A stretch of 64,000 bases of DNA. Source: Candidatus Poribacteria bacterium (GTDB taxonomy: Bacteria > Poribacteria > WGA-4E > WGA-3G). The notes beneath the pieces were generated by a model. That model was given only the letters and a program-made list of their open reading frames with translations. It was not told the origin of the DNA and ran no database searches. The stretch's first letter is position 1. Each line of letters starts with the position of its first letter. Below, piece after piece: positions 50,095 through 59,177 of the stretch. The stretch covers positions 640,001 to 704,000 of the forward strand of contig CAXXLX010000001.1 of the NCBI GenBank assembly GCA_963665235.2. The letters are read 5' to 3'. The translations under genes were made by a program, and so were the position numbers.

Positions 50095-51444
50095 CTATTT
50101 CAGATTTTCAATCAAATTTCTGATGATCTCCTTTGTTGCTTCATCGTCTTCAATCAGTTTTTCAACTTGTGCATGTGCATACATAATAGTGGTATGGTTT
50201 TGTCGTTGAAAAGCTTCTGCGATGTCAATGAAAGAGAGCTGTGTCATTTCTCGGCAAAGGTACATTGCGATTTGCCGTGGAAGGACAACGGCTTTTGTCC
50301 GTTTCGCCGAGGTCAAATCTTCTATATCCAAATTGAAGTAGTCCGCCACGATTTTTTTTATCGCTGCTGCAGTTGTAATCGTTCTGTGTGGCGGCCTAAT
50401 TGATTGGGACACGTCGTTTAGGACTCTGCGTGCAAAATCAATATCCAAAGGTTCACCGAGTATTGAGGCTGTTCCGATAAGTCTTACCAAAAGGCCTTCC
50501 AATTCACGTATGTTTGTTTGCACCATTTCAGCGATATAGGCAAGGACTTCATCCGGAATTTCTTCCTGCCCGTGGTCTTGGCATTTTTGGTGTAAAATTG
50601 CAAGCCGTGTTTCATATTGGGGTTTTGCGATTTCTGCTACCATTCCCCATTCGAGCCGGGAGAGCAACCGTTCTTCCAAATTCTGAAGCGTATAAGGTGC
50701 GCGGTCGCTGCTCATCACGATTTGGTTCGATCTGAGGTATAGGGTATTGAAGGTGTTAAAGAATTCCTCTTGTGTACCCTCTTTTCGTTGTAAGAATTGG
50801 ATGTCGTCAATCAATAGCAGGTCTATTTCTCGATATTTCGTGCGAAATCCTGGGGCAGTGTCTTTGCCAAATCCAACGATAGATTCTATATAATCGTTCA
50901 TAAACGTTTCGGATGTAACGTAAAGCACTTTTCGCTCGGGTTTGATACTCCGAGCGCGATTACCTATAGCGTGGAGCAGATGTGTTTTCCCTAGACCTAC
51001 CCCCCCATAGATAAACAGTGGATTATATTCACCCCCCGGGTTCTCCGAAACGGAGAGGGCAGTTGCATGACAAATCATGTTGCTGCGGCCCACAACGAAC
51101 CGGTCGAATATGTAGCTCGGGTTCAAACCGGTTGTTTCAGAGATTCCTTGTTGGTCAGGGGACGTTTGCGCTGTTTGTTCAACCTCACTCTCTTTGGCGA
51201 GCTCTGGTGCTACCGTAATCTTCAAAGTGCAATGTGGACCGATAAGATGTGAGAGTGCTTGCTGAATCTCCTTCTGAAACCGTTGCGCAATTTCTATTTG
51301 TGTGTAGCTGGAAGGTACAGCGATGTGCAAAACCTCATCGGTAAGCGAACATGGAATGGCTTGACGCAAAAAGATATCGTCGCGAGCGTCTGAGTCAAGT
51401 TCCGATAATATTTCTAACCAGAGCGCATCAGGGGTTTGCTGCAT
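50095..51444 (-). CDS. dnaA: Chromosomal replication initiator DnaA
   Basis: YNPLFIYGGVGLGKTHL, LLIDDIQFL, RELEG, PRQIAMYL and NHTT motifs. Confidence 0.98.
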   Translation of the reverse strand: MQQTPDALWLEILSELDSDARDDIFLRQAIPCSLTDEVLHIAVPSSYTQIEIAQRFQKEIQQALSHLIGPHCTLKITVAPELAKESEVEQTAQTSPDQQGISETTGLNPSYIFDRFVVGRSNMICHATALSVSENPGGEYNPLFIYGGVGLGKTHLLHAIGNRARSIKPERKVLYVTSETFMNDYIESIVGFGKDTAPGFRTKYREIDLLLIDDIQFLQRKEGTQEEFFNTFNTLYLRSNQIVMSSDRAPYTLQNLEERLLSRLEWGMVAEIAKPQYETRLAILHQKCQDHGQEEIPDEVLAYIAEMVQTNIRELEGLLVRLIGTASILGEPLDIDFARRVLNDVSQSIRPPHRTITTAAAIKKIVADYFNLDIEDLTSAKRTKAVVLPRQIAMYLCREMTQLSFIDIAEAFQRQNHTTIMYAHAQVEKLIEDDEATKEIIRNLIENLK

Positions 51445-52024
51445 GTGAATCTTCCTAACCGGACACGGACTACAAGATTCCTAAAAATTCAGGGAAATGT
51501 GTTCCTGTTGTTTGTCCGGAGTCTTCGTGTTCAACCTTAATCAAAATTCCAACTATTTTTTTTATAATGCAAATTTAAGTATACCATTTTTTCATTTTTA
51601 TAGCAACTTAAATTTTTAAATTTCAGGAATTGTTTACAGCACCCATTTTGCACAAAAACCGGAATTTTGTCAAGAACCGGACGCTGTGTGTGCTCCGGTA
51701 AGGCGGGGGTAACGCATGCCCGGACAGCCTGCTGTATCAACGAACGGATGATTCGCTACGATTTTGTGGGGATTTTCTATAAGTCCGCATTGTTTTCCTG
51801 TTGCATTGCTCCCAATACCATTTGGTTTCTTTCGGTAGAGACCGCCTCAAGGGAGGCGGATGGTATTCTCTACCGAACAATGCTATAAACATGATACAAT
51901 AAAAACCGGCAAAAGTCAAATTTTTTTTTATCCCTATCAGATAAATGTAGAAAAATTTGACAAAAGCAAAAAAATAGGGTATCCTTTTTAAGGAATTTGT
52001 AATTTCATGTAGAAAGGAAAAGTT

Positions 52025-52159
52025 ATGAAACGGACATATCAACCGCATAGACGGAAACGAAAAAACAAATTGGGCTTCCGTAAACGGATGTCCACCCGGC
52101 ACGGCAGAAAAACTATCTCGCGCAGACGGGCAAAAGGACGAAAAGTCTTGAGTGCTTAA
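52025..52159 (+). CDS. rpmH: 50S ribosomal protein L34
   Basis: Manual translation [44 protein letters not shown], below the ORF-track cutoff. Confidence 0.97.
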   Translation: MKRTYQPHRRKRKNKLGFRKRMSTRHGRKTISRRRAKGRKVLSA

Positions 52160-52162
52160 CAC

Positions 52163-53185
52163 ATGAATTTGCCTGTTGGAAAACTGAAACACGACTTTTT
52201 GGAGCAGCTCCTCCCAAACTGTGAGAAAACGGATAGTGTTGTTGTCGGCCCACAAATTGGTGAGGATGCTGCTGTCCTCGCGGTAGGCGATACTTATCTC
52301 GTGGCAACATCCGATCCGATTACCTTTGCGACTGACGAAATCGGATGGTATGTCGTCTGTGTCAATAGCAACGATATTGCAGCGATGGGAGCAATACCTA
52401 AATGGTTGATTGTAACCCTACTTTTACCCGAAGACACAACGACAGCTGCAACAGTTCAAGACATTATGACGCAACTCACACAGGCATGTGAAAGGTTTGA
52501 CATCGCACTTTGTGGCGGACATACTGAAGTTACGCCAGCTGTCACACAACCCGTTGTTGTTGGACAAATGATGGGCGTTGTTGGTAAAAATGCCTTAATC
52601 ACTTCAGCCGGAGCTTGTGCAGGAGACGCGTTAATCCTTACAAAAGGCATCGGTATTGAGGCGACTGCAATTATCGCTCGCGAATGCACAGCACGGCTAA
52701 TAGGAAAATGTGATGCCCTCTTTTTGGAGCAGGCGAAAAATTATCTCACCTCTCCAGGAATCTCTGTGATGGCAGATGCACAAATTGCTGTTGCCACAGG
52801 CGGCGTACACGCTATGCACGATGTCACTGAGGGCGGCGTTGCAACCGCAATACATGAGTTGGCAACCGCAGCCGATGTCGGAGCAGCTATCTATTCAGAT
52901 AAACTCCTTGATTCACCGCTATTGTATAGTGATGTCACCCGGACATTATGTGACATTTTGGAGCTCAATCCGCTGGGGGTCATTTCATCGGGCACCCTAT
53001 TGATTGCTTCAGCCCCTGAAAAAGCGAAAACGATTTGCGATGCACTTCACACTGCCGACATCAGGGCTGATATCATCGGAACTTTCTTGCCGCCTGAGCA
53101 CGGAATACATCTTGTGGATGCCATCGGCACAAAACGACCTCTTCCTATTTTTGAGACAGACGAAATCGCTAAACTCTTCATTTGA
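52163..53185 (+). CDS. AIR synthase-related (HypE/PurM-like) protein
   Basis: GEDAAV, SDPITF, NDIAAMGA, GGHTEV and MHDVTEGG motifs. Confidence 0.88.
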   Translation: MNLPVGKLKHDFLEQLLPNCEKTDSVVVGPQIGEDAAVLAVGDTYLVATSDPITFATDEIGWYVVCVNSNDIAAMGAIPKWLIVTLLLPEDTTTAATVQDIMTQLTQACERFDIALCGGHTEVTPAVTQPVVVGQMMGVVGKNALITSAGACAGDALILTKGIGIEATAIIARECTARLIGKCDALFLEQAKNYLTSPGISVMADAQIAVATGGVHAMHDVTEGGVATAIHELATAADVGAAIYSDKLLDSPLLYSDVTRTLCDILELNPLGVISSGTLLIASAPEKAKTICDALHTADIRADIIGTFLPPEHGIHLVDAIGTKRPLPIFETDEIAKLFI

Positions 53186-53203
53186 CATGTATTGGAGAAA
53201 ATC

Positions 53204-54112
53204 ATGGATACTATCAACGACTTCGATGCCAAACGCAGAAAGTATATGCCAACCTTTCCAATGGCAACGGGAAAACCGACCGTTTACATCGAAGGATACC
53301 CTTGTGAGGACGATGAACCTATGGGCGCAACCGCAATTCACATTGTGCAGATGGCTATACTCTTCGATCAGTTCATACGCTTTTACGAAAACGAACCGCA
53401 TGTATACATAGGGATGGACAACTTCGTCTACTACCGGAAAGGTACAGAGATAAGGTCCGTTGTCCCGGATATCTTCATTGTCTTTGGGGTGAGTAAGACC
53501 CCCCTCCGGGATAGTTTTTATACTTGGGAGGAAGGTGCGCCTCCTGTCGCCGTGTTTGAGTTTCTCTCTTATAGCACAGCGGATAGGGACCGTGAGGAGA
53601 AGCGTCACATCTATCTTTCCGATATGGGTGTTAAGGAATACTTCATCCATCAACCGGATTTGGTGCAACCTGCGGAGTTTCGTGGGTGGCATCGAACGGT
53701 TTCGGGTGCTATAGAGGAGCTCACGCCAAATGTGGATGGTGATTTGTTCAGTGAGTCGCTGAATCTTCTTTTGGGTTGGGAGGAGCGTTCTGATGGTATA
53801 AGGCTTTTACGAGCGTATCTTCCGGATGGCACTCCTCTAACGACTTCTCGGGAAGAAGCACGGCTCAGGATACGTGCGGAGGCAATAGCTGAAGAAGCAA
53901 AAGCAACGGCTGTAGAAGAAGCACGCCGCAGGCGAGACGCGGAAGCAACGGCTGTAGAAGAAGCACGCCGCAGGCGAGACGCGGAAGCAACGGCTGTAGA
54001 AGAAGCACGCCGCAGGCGAGACGCGGAAGCAACTGCCGAGGAAGAAGCACGCCGCAGGCAGGAACTTGAAGTTGAATTAGAAAAACTTCGAACACAACGC
54101 AATAATCCATAA
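53204..54112 (+). CDS. Uma2-family endonuclease with a repetitive coiled-coil tail
   Basis: VPDIF, FEFLS and GVKEYF motifs; the C-terminal ATAVEEARRRRDAE repeats come from 42-bp tandem duplications (about 53900-54060). Confidence 0.85.
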   Translation: MDTINDFDAKRRKYMPTFPMATGKPTVYIEGYPCEDDEPMGATAIHIVQMAILFDQFIRFYENEPHVYIGMDNFVYYRKGTEIRSVVPDIFIVFGVSKTPLRDSFYTWEEGAPPVAVFEFLSYSTADRDREEKRHIYLSDMGVKEYFIHQPDLVQPAEFRGWHRTVSGAIEELTPNVDGDLFSESLNLLLGWEERSDGIRLLRAYLPDGTPLTTSREEARLRIRAEAIAEEAKATAVEEARRRRDAEATAVEEARRRRDAEATAVEEARRRRDAEATAEEEARRRQELEVELEKLRTQRNNP

Positions 54113-54205
54113 AGAGATGTGAAAACCTACCTCTATAAGTGTCAAATTGACACATAAGGGGTGAGGCGAGGAAAACCCAACAAACTAGCTACAGAGGCTA
54201 TTGAA

Positions 54206-55441
54206 ATGCCGCGAACCTTTAATCTCCCTCACTTTTATCAGAGTCCTATTATCTCCGTTGTCAAAAACGCGCGTCGCCAGATTGACGCTCGGAAACGGGA
54301 CCTTACGCCATCCATATTAGATTTCGGGCCCGTCCGTTTTAAAATTGCGCGCCACTTCGGATTCTGTTACGGCGTTGAAAATGCTGTTGAGATAGCGTAT
54401 CGTGCCCTTGCCGAGAATCCGGATAAGCGAATTTTCCTATTATCCGAAATTATTCACAATCCGCGCGTCAATGAAAACCTAAGGCACAACGGCGTGCAAT
54501 TTCTCTCCGATACGGCCGGCAAAGCGTTGCTCCCTTTCGATGTACTGACACCTGATGACGTTGTTATCGTGCCTGCGTTCGGCACAACGTTAGAGGTTGA
54601 AAAAGAACTCAACGCTCGGGGTGTTACGCTCTCCTCCTACAATACAACCTGCCCCTTCGTTGAAAAGGTCTGGAAGCGGAGCCAAGATATAGGAAAACAG
54701 AATTACACCGTCGTTGTCCACGGCAAGCGGTACCATGAGGAAACACGCGCCACCTTTTCTCATGCACAAGCGGAAGCCCCTGTCGTAGTCGTTCGCGATT
54801 TGGCAGAAGCGGAAAACCTCGCAAAGGTAATACGCGCCGAAGCGAATGCAGATTTCTTCTTTCAAAAATTCGTCGACCGGTACACCGAAGGATTCCATCC
54901 AGATATCCATCTCAAGCGAATCGGGGTTGTCAATCAGACCACAATGCTTGCAACAGAGACGCAAGCTATCGCCGATTTATTACGACAGGCTATTGTCGAA
55001 AGGTATGGGGAAGAAAATCTTTCCAAACATTTTGCGGACACAAAGGATACGCTCTGCTACGCTACAAAGGAGAATCAGGATGCAACGCTTGCACTTATTG
55101 CTGAAGGCGGAGATGTCGCTGTTGTCGTCGGCGGATACAACTCTTCTAACACCAGTCACCTTGTAGAACTTTGTGAACAGCAGCTACCGACCTATTTTAT
55201 CCGAGACGCTGAAGAATTGCTCTCTCCAACACAGATTCGACATCTAATGCTTGAGACAAAAGATGTACAAATCACAGAGGATTGGTTGCCAACTGAACAC
55301 TCCGATGGTAGCCCGGTTGACATTGTTTTGACAGCGGGGGCTTCCTGTCCAGATATTCTCCTAGATGAGGTGTTACGGAAAATTGTTGGATGGTTTTCGG
55401 GTACACGCTCAGTGGAAAATGTCCTTGCGCCGTATCAGTAG
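54206..55441 (+). CDS. ispH: 4-hydroxy-3-methylbut-2-enyl diphosphate reductase
   Basis: GFCYGV, IIHNP, TTCPFV, NQTT, TLCYAT, NSSNT and GASCP motifs. Confidence 0.95.
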   Translation: MPRTFNLPHFYQSPIISVVKNARRQIDARKRDLTPSILDFGPVRFKIARHFGFCYGVENAVEIAYRALAENPDKRIFLLSEIIHNPRVNENLRHNGVQFLSDTAGKALLPFDVLTPDDVVIVPAFGTTLEVEKELNARGVTLSSYNTTCPFVEKVWKRSQDIGKQNYTVVVHGKRYHEETRATFSHAQAEAPVVVVRDLAEAENLAKVIRAEANADFFFQKFVDRYTEGFHPDIHLKRIGVVNQTTMLATETQAIADLLRQAIVERYGEENLSKHFADTKDTLCYATKENQDATLALIAEGGDVAVVVGGYNSSNTSHLVELCEQQLPTYFIRDAEELLSPTQIRHLMLETKDVQITEDWLPTEHSDGSPVDIVLTAGASCPDILLDEVLRKIVGWFSGTRSVENVLAPYQ

Positions 55442-55488
55442 GATGTCCGCTTTGGCGATACCCTTAAGAATTTGGAGAGAACGTGCTT

Positions 55489-56172
55489 ATGAGTGACCAG
55501 TATAAATATGTTGGGAAAAACCTCACGCCTGGTATAGCTGAAGAGCTTATTCAGGAACTCTTTGCGGGACAGACTGTTCAAATACAGAAAATCATGCGGA
55601 CTGTGGATGAAACACATCTTGAGCGTGGTGGGCTGCCCTCGACAACTAAAGGTCATCCTCCTGTCAGGAATGCACTGTCAAAGATGAAACGGAAAGGACT
55701 TGCTGAAAATCCTAGGCATCGTTATTGGTCTATCCTTTCAAGCACTCAGAGTGACGACAGTGTAGATTCTGAACCTAACGATGTGAAACCTGAAAAAACC
55801 ATCGGTTCCGGTAAACAGTCAGTCTACCTCTACTATTACCCAACTTACCGACGTTTAGCAGAATCGCAGGGTGAAGTGGTATGGGCCTGCAAGATTGGCA
55901 AAGCTAGTTTTGATGCTATCCACAGAATCGGGACGCAAACACGGACAGCGTTACCAGAATACCCAAAGGTCGGTCTCATTATTAAAACAGACGCGCACGA
56001 CTTAATGGAAAGGACGATACAGAATATTCTGAAACTCCGAGGTAAGCAAAAGCGGGATGCACCGGGAACCGAATGGTTCATTACTTCCCCCAGTGAAGTT
56101 GAGCAGGTGTACGAAAAAATCTTAGGAATTCACAATAAAAAGGAGGATAATTATGTTCATCGTGACGGATGA
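55489..56172 (+). CDS. GIY-YIG/T5orf172-domain protein with N-terminal HTH-like region
   Basis: VYLYYY...CKIG...RI...E...GTEWF pattern. Confidence 0.75.
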   Translation: MSDQYKYVGKNLTPGIAEELIQELFAGQTVQIQKIMRTVDETHLERGGLPSTTKGHPPVRNALSKMKRKGLAENPRHRYWSILSSTQSDDSVDSEPNDVKPEKTIGSGKQSVYLYYYPTYRRLAESQGEVVWACKIGKASFDAIHRIGTQTRTALPEYPKVGLIIKTDAHDLMERTIQNILKLRGKQKRDAPGTEWFITSPSEVEQVYEKILGIHNKKEDNYVHRDG

Positions 56173-56374
56173 CTTGGAAATTATAAACTTCAATCACTAC
56201 CAAAAATTAGCGGTGGCAGGCGAAGGCCCCAGTCAAATCGTCCTAACAGCGCAGGATGGTTCCGAGCGCGTCATCGCTGAATTTGCTGAGTTTGACGAGG
56301 CATACAATCGCTTTGCGGACATCCGAGATGCTCTCACAGCAGGAGAGACGTGCTATAGTCTAGAAGAATACTAA
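56153..56374 (+). CDS. Small acidic hypothetical protein
   Basis: Strong AGGAGG RBS; translationally coupled (TAATG) to the next gene. Confidence 0.65.
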   Translation: MFIVTDDLEIINFNHYQKLAVAGEGPSQIVLTAQDGSERVIAEFAEFDEAYNRFADIRDALTAGETCYSLEEY

Positions 56375-57477
56375 TGAAAGTTCGCACTATTAACGCTTAT
56401 CAAGTTGACCTTCCACTTTACGAAGGCAGCTATAACTGGTCCGGTGGTAAATCTGTATCTGTTTTTGACAGCACTATAGTCGCTGTTGAAACGGATCAAG
56501 GTATTACTGGTTATGGTGAGGTGTGCCCGCTAGGCCCGTTCTATCTGCCCGCCTACGCTGAAGGCACTCGCACCGGCATTGCGGAACTTGCGCCGCACCT
56601 CATCGGTGAAGACCCGACACAACTGCTCCCACTTAATCAACGCATGGATATTGCACTCAAGGGGCATCCCTACGTGAAATCCGCAATTGACATCGCGTGT
56701 TGGGATATTATAGGCAAAGTTTCAGAGCAATCTGTGTGTACCCTGCTCGGCGGCAGATATGGTCCAGATTTTATGCTCTACCGGGCAATTTCTCAGCAAT
56801 CTCCCGATGAGATGGCAGAAAAGGTCGCTACGTATCGCGCGGAGGGGTATCGTAAATTCCAATTGAAAGTCGGCGGTGACCCAAATACGGATATTGAACG
56901 TATCCACGCTGTTGCCGAATTGATGCAGCCTGGAGACGTGCTCATTGCGGATGCAAATACTGGATGGTTGATGCACCAAGCGACCCGCGTTGTCCGAGGC
57001 GTGCACAATGTAGATGTCTATATTGAGCAGCCCTGCCTCTCATACCAAGAATGCCTCGCCATCCGAGAACGGACAAACCACCCCTTTGTTCTTGATGAGA
57101 CAATTGATAGCATCCACACGTTGCTACGCGGCCATGCCGACCGAGCGATGGATGTTGTCAATATTAAAATCAGCAAATTTGGGGGGTTGACGAAAGCGAA
57201 ACTTGCAAGAGACCTCTGCGTTGAACTCGGCATAGCGATGACAATTGAAGACAGCTGGGGAGGGGATATCACAACCGCTGCGATTGCCCATCTCGCCCAT
57301 AGCACCCCGCCAGAATTTCTTTTCACAGCAACCGATTTCAACAGCTATGTGACTGTCAGCACCGCGGAGGGCGCGCCGCAACGGGTCAACGGTAAAATGG
57401 CAGCTGCAACGCAACCGGGGCTCGGAATCATACCGAATATGGATGTGTTGGGTGAAGCAGTAGTTCGCGTGGAGTGA
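56374..57477 (+). CDS. Enolase-superfamily enzyme, cis-3-hydroxy-L-proline dehydratase / Hyp-betaine epimerase-like
   Basis: [33 protein letters not shown] and EDSWGG motifs. Confidence 0.8.
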   Translation: MKVRTINAYQVDLPLYEGSYNWSGGKSVSVFDSTIVAVETDQGITGYGEVCPLGPFYLPAYAEGTRTGIAELAPHLIGEDPTQLLPLNQRMDIALKGHPYVKSAIDIACWDIIGKVSEQSVCTLLGGRYGPDFMLYRAISQQSPDEMAEKVATYRAEGYRKFQLKVGGDPNTDIERIHAVAELMQPGDVLIADANTGWLMHQATRVVRGVHNVDVYIEQPCLSYQECLAIRERTNHPFVLDETIDSIHTLLRGHADRAMDVVNIKISKFGGLTKAKLARDLCVELGIAMTIEDSWGGDITTAAIAHLAHSTPPEFLFTATDFNSYVTVSTAEGAPQRVNGKMAAATQPGLGIIPNMDVLGEAVVRVE

Positions 57478-57481
57478 TAGC

Positions 57482-58447
57482 ATGCCCATTAGAATCCTAT
57501 CCGCATCTGATGTCCGTGCAGCCTTACCGATGCCTAAAGCCATAGATGCGATGCGGCACGCCTACGGGCAGCTGTCCGCAGGCAAGGCGACAGCACCCCC
57601 ACGACAACATATCGCCACCGACAAAGGCGTTACGCTCTTCATGCCCGCCTATCTGCATCAGAGCGGCGAGCTAGGCATTAAAGTGGTCTCGGTTTATGAC
57701 GATAATCCGAACCACAACCTGCCCCGCATCACCGCAACGGTTTTAGTCCTGGACCCCGCCACAGGTGTCCCGAAAGCGTTCATGGACGGTAGCAGTCTCA
57801 CCGCTATCCGGACAGGTGCAGGGGGCGGTTTAGCTGCAGACCTACTCGCTCGCCAGAACGCAAAAACGGTTGGTCTCTTCGGCGCAGGCGTGCAAGCAAG
57901 AGCACAGTTGCAGGCGGTCAGGGTGGTGAGAAACATTACGCAGGTCAATCTCATCAGTCGGACAGCAGCTTCGGCACAACAGCTCGCCGCCGAGATTTCG
58001 GGCTGGCAAGAGGCACCTCAAGTCAATATCGTCCCCACACCGCGTGAGGTAGTAGCAGATGCTGATATTGTTTTATGTGCAACGACATCGGCAACGCCAC
58101 TTTTCAATGGCAACACGCTAAAAGCGGGAACACACATCACAGCCGTTGGAACGTTTGTACCTGAAAAACGGGAAGTTGATACCACAACAATCAGACGCGC
58201 GAACCGAATTGTCGTAGATTCTCGGGAAGCCTGCTTAGAGGAAGCGGGTGACCTAATCATTCCGAACGCGCACATCCATGCTGAAATAGGTGAAATCGTC
58301 AACGGCAGCAAACAGGGGCGACAGGCTGATGACGAAATCACGTTTTTCAAATCGGTAGGTGTATCGGTGCAAGATGCAGTCGCTGCATCAGCAGTACTGA
58401 CAGAAGCGGAGGCAAAAGGATTGGGCACCCTCATTGAAATCGGATGA
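57482..58447 (+). CDS. Ornithine cyclodeaminase/mu-crystallin family protein (possible pyrroline-2-carboxylate reductase)
   Basis: TAIRTGA, GAGVQA, HITAVG and FKSVG...QD motifs. Confidence 0.88.
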   Translation: MPIRILSASDVRAALPMPKAIDAMRHAYGQLSAGKATAPPRQHIATDKGVTLFMPAYLHQSGELGIKVVSVYDDNPNHNLPRITATVLVLDPATGVPKAFMDGSSLTAIRTGAGGGLAADLLARQNAKTVGLFGAGVQARAQLQAVRVVRNITQVNLISRTAASAQQLAAEISGWQEAPQVNIVPTPREVVADADIVLCATTSATPLFNGNTLKAGTHITAVGTFVPEKREVDTTTIRRANRIVVDSREACLEEAGDLIIPNAHIHAEIGEIVNGSKQGRQADDEITFFKSVGVSVQDAVAASAVLTEAEAKGLGTLIEIG

Positions 58448-58454
58448 CGAGAAT

Positions 58455-59177
58455 TTATTGGCGGTGTTCACTAACCTTACGCATCGCTGGCAAATGCCAC
58501 CACGGAACGCCCGGATACTCGTGATGTTCCCAATGATACCCAAAGTGATAACAGGTAATAAATGACCAGAAGGTCGAATATGCATTGCTCTGAGCACAGT
58601 GCGGGTTGTCATATCCACCCGCTGGCGTTCGGTGCGGCAGATATGTCCCAAAATAAAAAAGTTGTAACGTACTAAGCAATGCCGGAGAAACCCAAAATAG
58701 GAGCAGGTTGAGAGTAGGGATGTCCAAAACGTACTCCATAATCTGAAAGACAACTGCCATGCCGACGAGCTGCTTCCAACTGAGGTATTCCTTCATAAAA
58801 CGGAGATACCACGCCAAGAAACCACTGTGTTCTCCATCGTGAAAATCCGGATCGGTTCCGCTGGCAGGTGTTCTGTGGTGCGCCCAATGCTTCTCTAATA
58901 ATTTGCGATATGAAAACAACGCATATAATCTGACAGTGATTGTACCGATTACATTGTTGAGGCGTGGATATGTCGGACACACCGACCCGTGCATGGCATC
59001 GTGCGCTGTGATGAACAGACCGGTATAGAGAAATATCTGCCAAAGTATGCCCAATGGGATTAGCACAATGCCAATTTGAACGACATCGAGTGTAAGGAAA
59101 ATTGAGAGACTCAATCCCCACAGACCGATAATCGCTAACGCAATGAATAAACCCTTGTTTGTCGATTTCATAGGCAC
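58455..59177 (-). CDS. crtW: Beta-carotene ketolase
   Basis: GLFITAHDAMH, HWAHH, DPDFH, QLFYFGTYLPHR and YHWEHH motifs, within a carotenoid cluster. Confidence 0.88.
   Translation of the reverse strand: MPMKSTNKGLFIALAIIGLWGLSLSIFLTLDVVQIGIVLIPLGILWQIFLYTGLFITAHDAMHGSVCPTYPRLNNVIGTITVRLYALFSYRKLLEKHWAHHRTPASGTDPDFHDGEHSGFLAWYLRFMKEYLSWKQLVGMAVVFQIMEYVLDIPTLNLLLFWVSPALLSTLQLFYFGTYLPHRTPAGGYDNPHCAQSNAYSTFWSFITCYHFGYHWEHHEYPGVPWWHLPAMRKVSEHRQ

Noticed and set aside
53900-54060. 42-bp tandem repeat as a separate element
   Set aside because: It is an in-frame coiled-coil expansion, common in the tails of Uma2 proteins.
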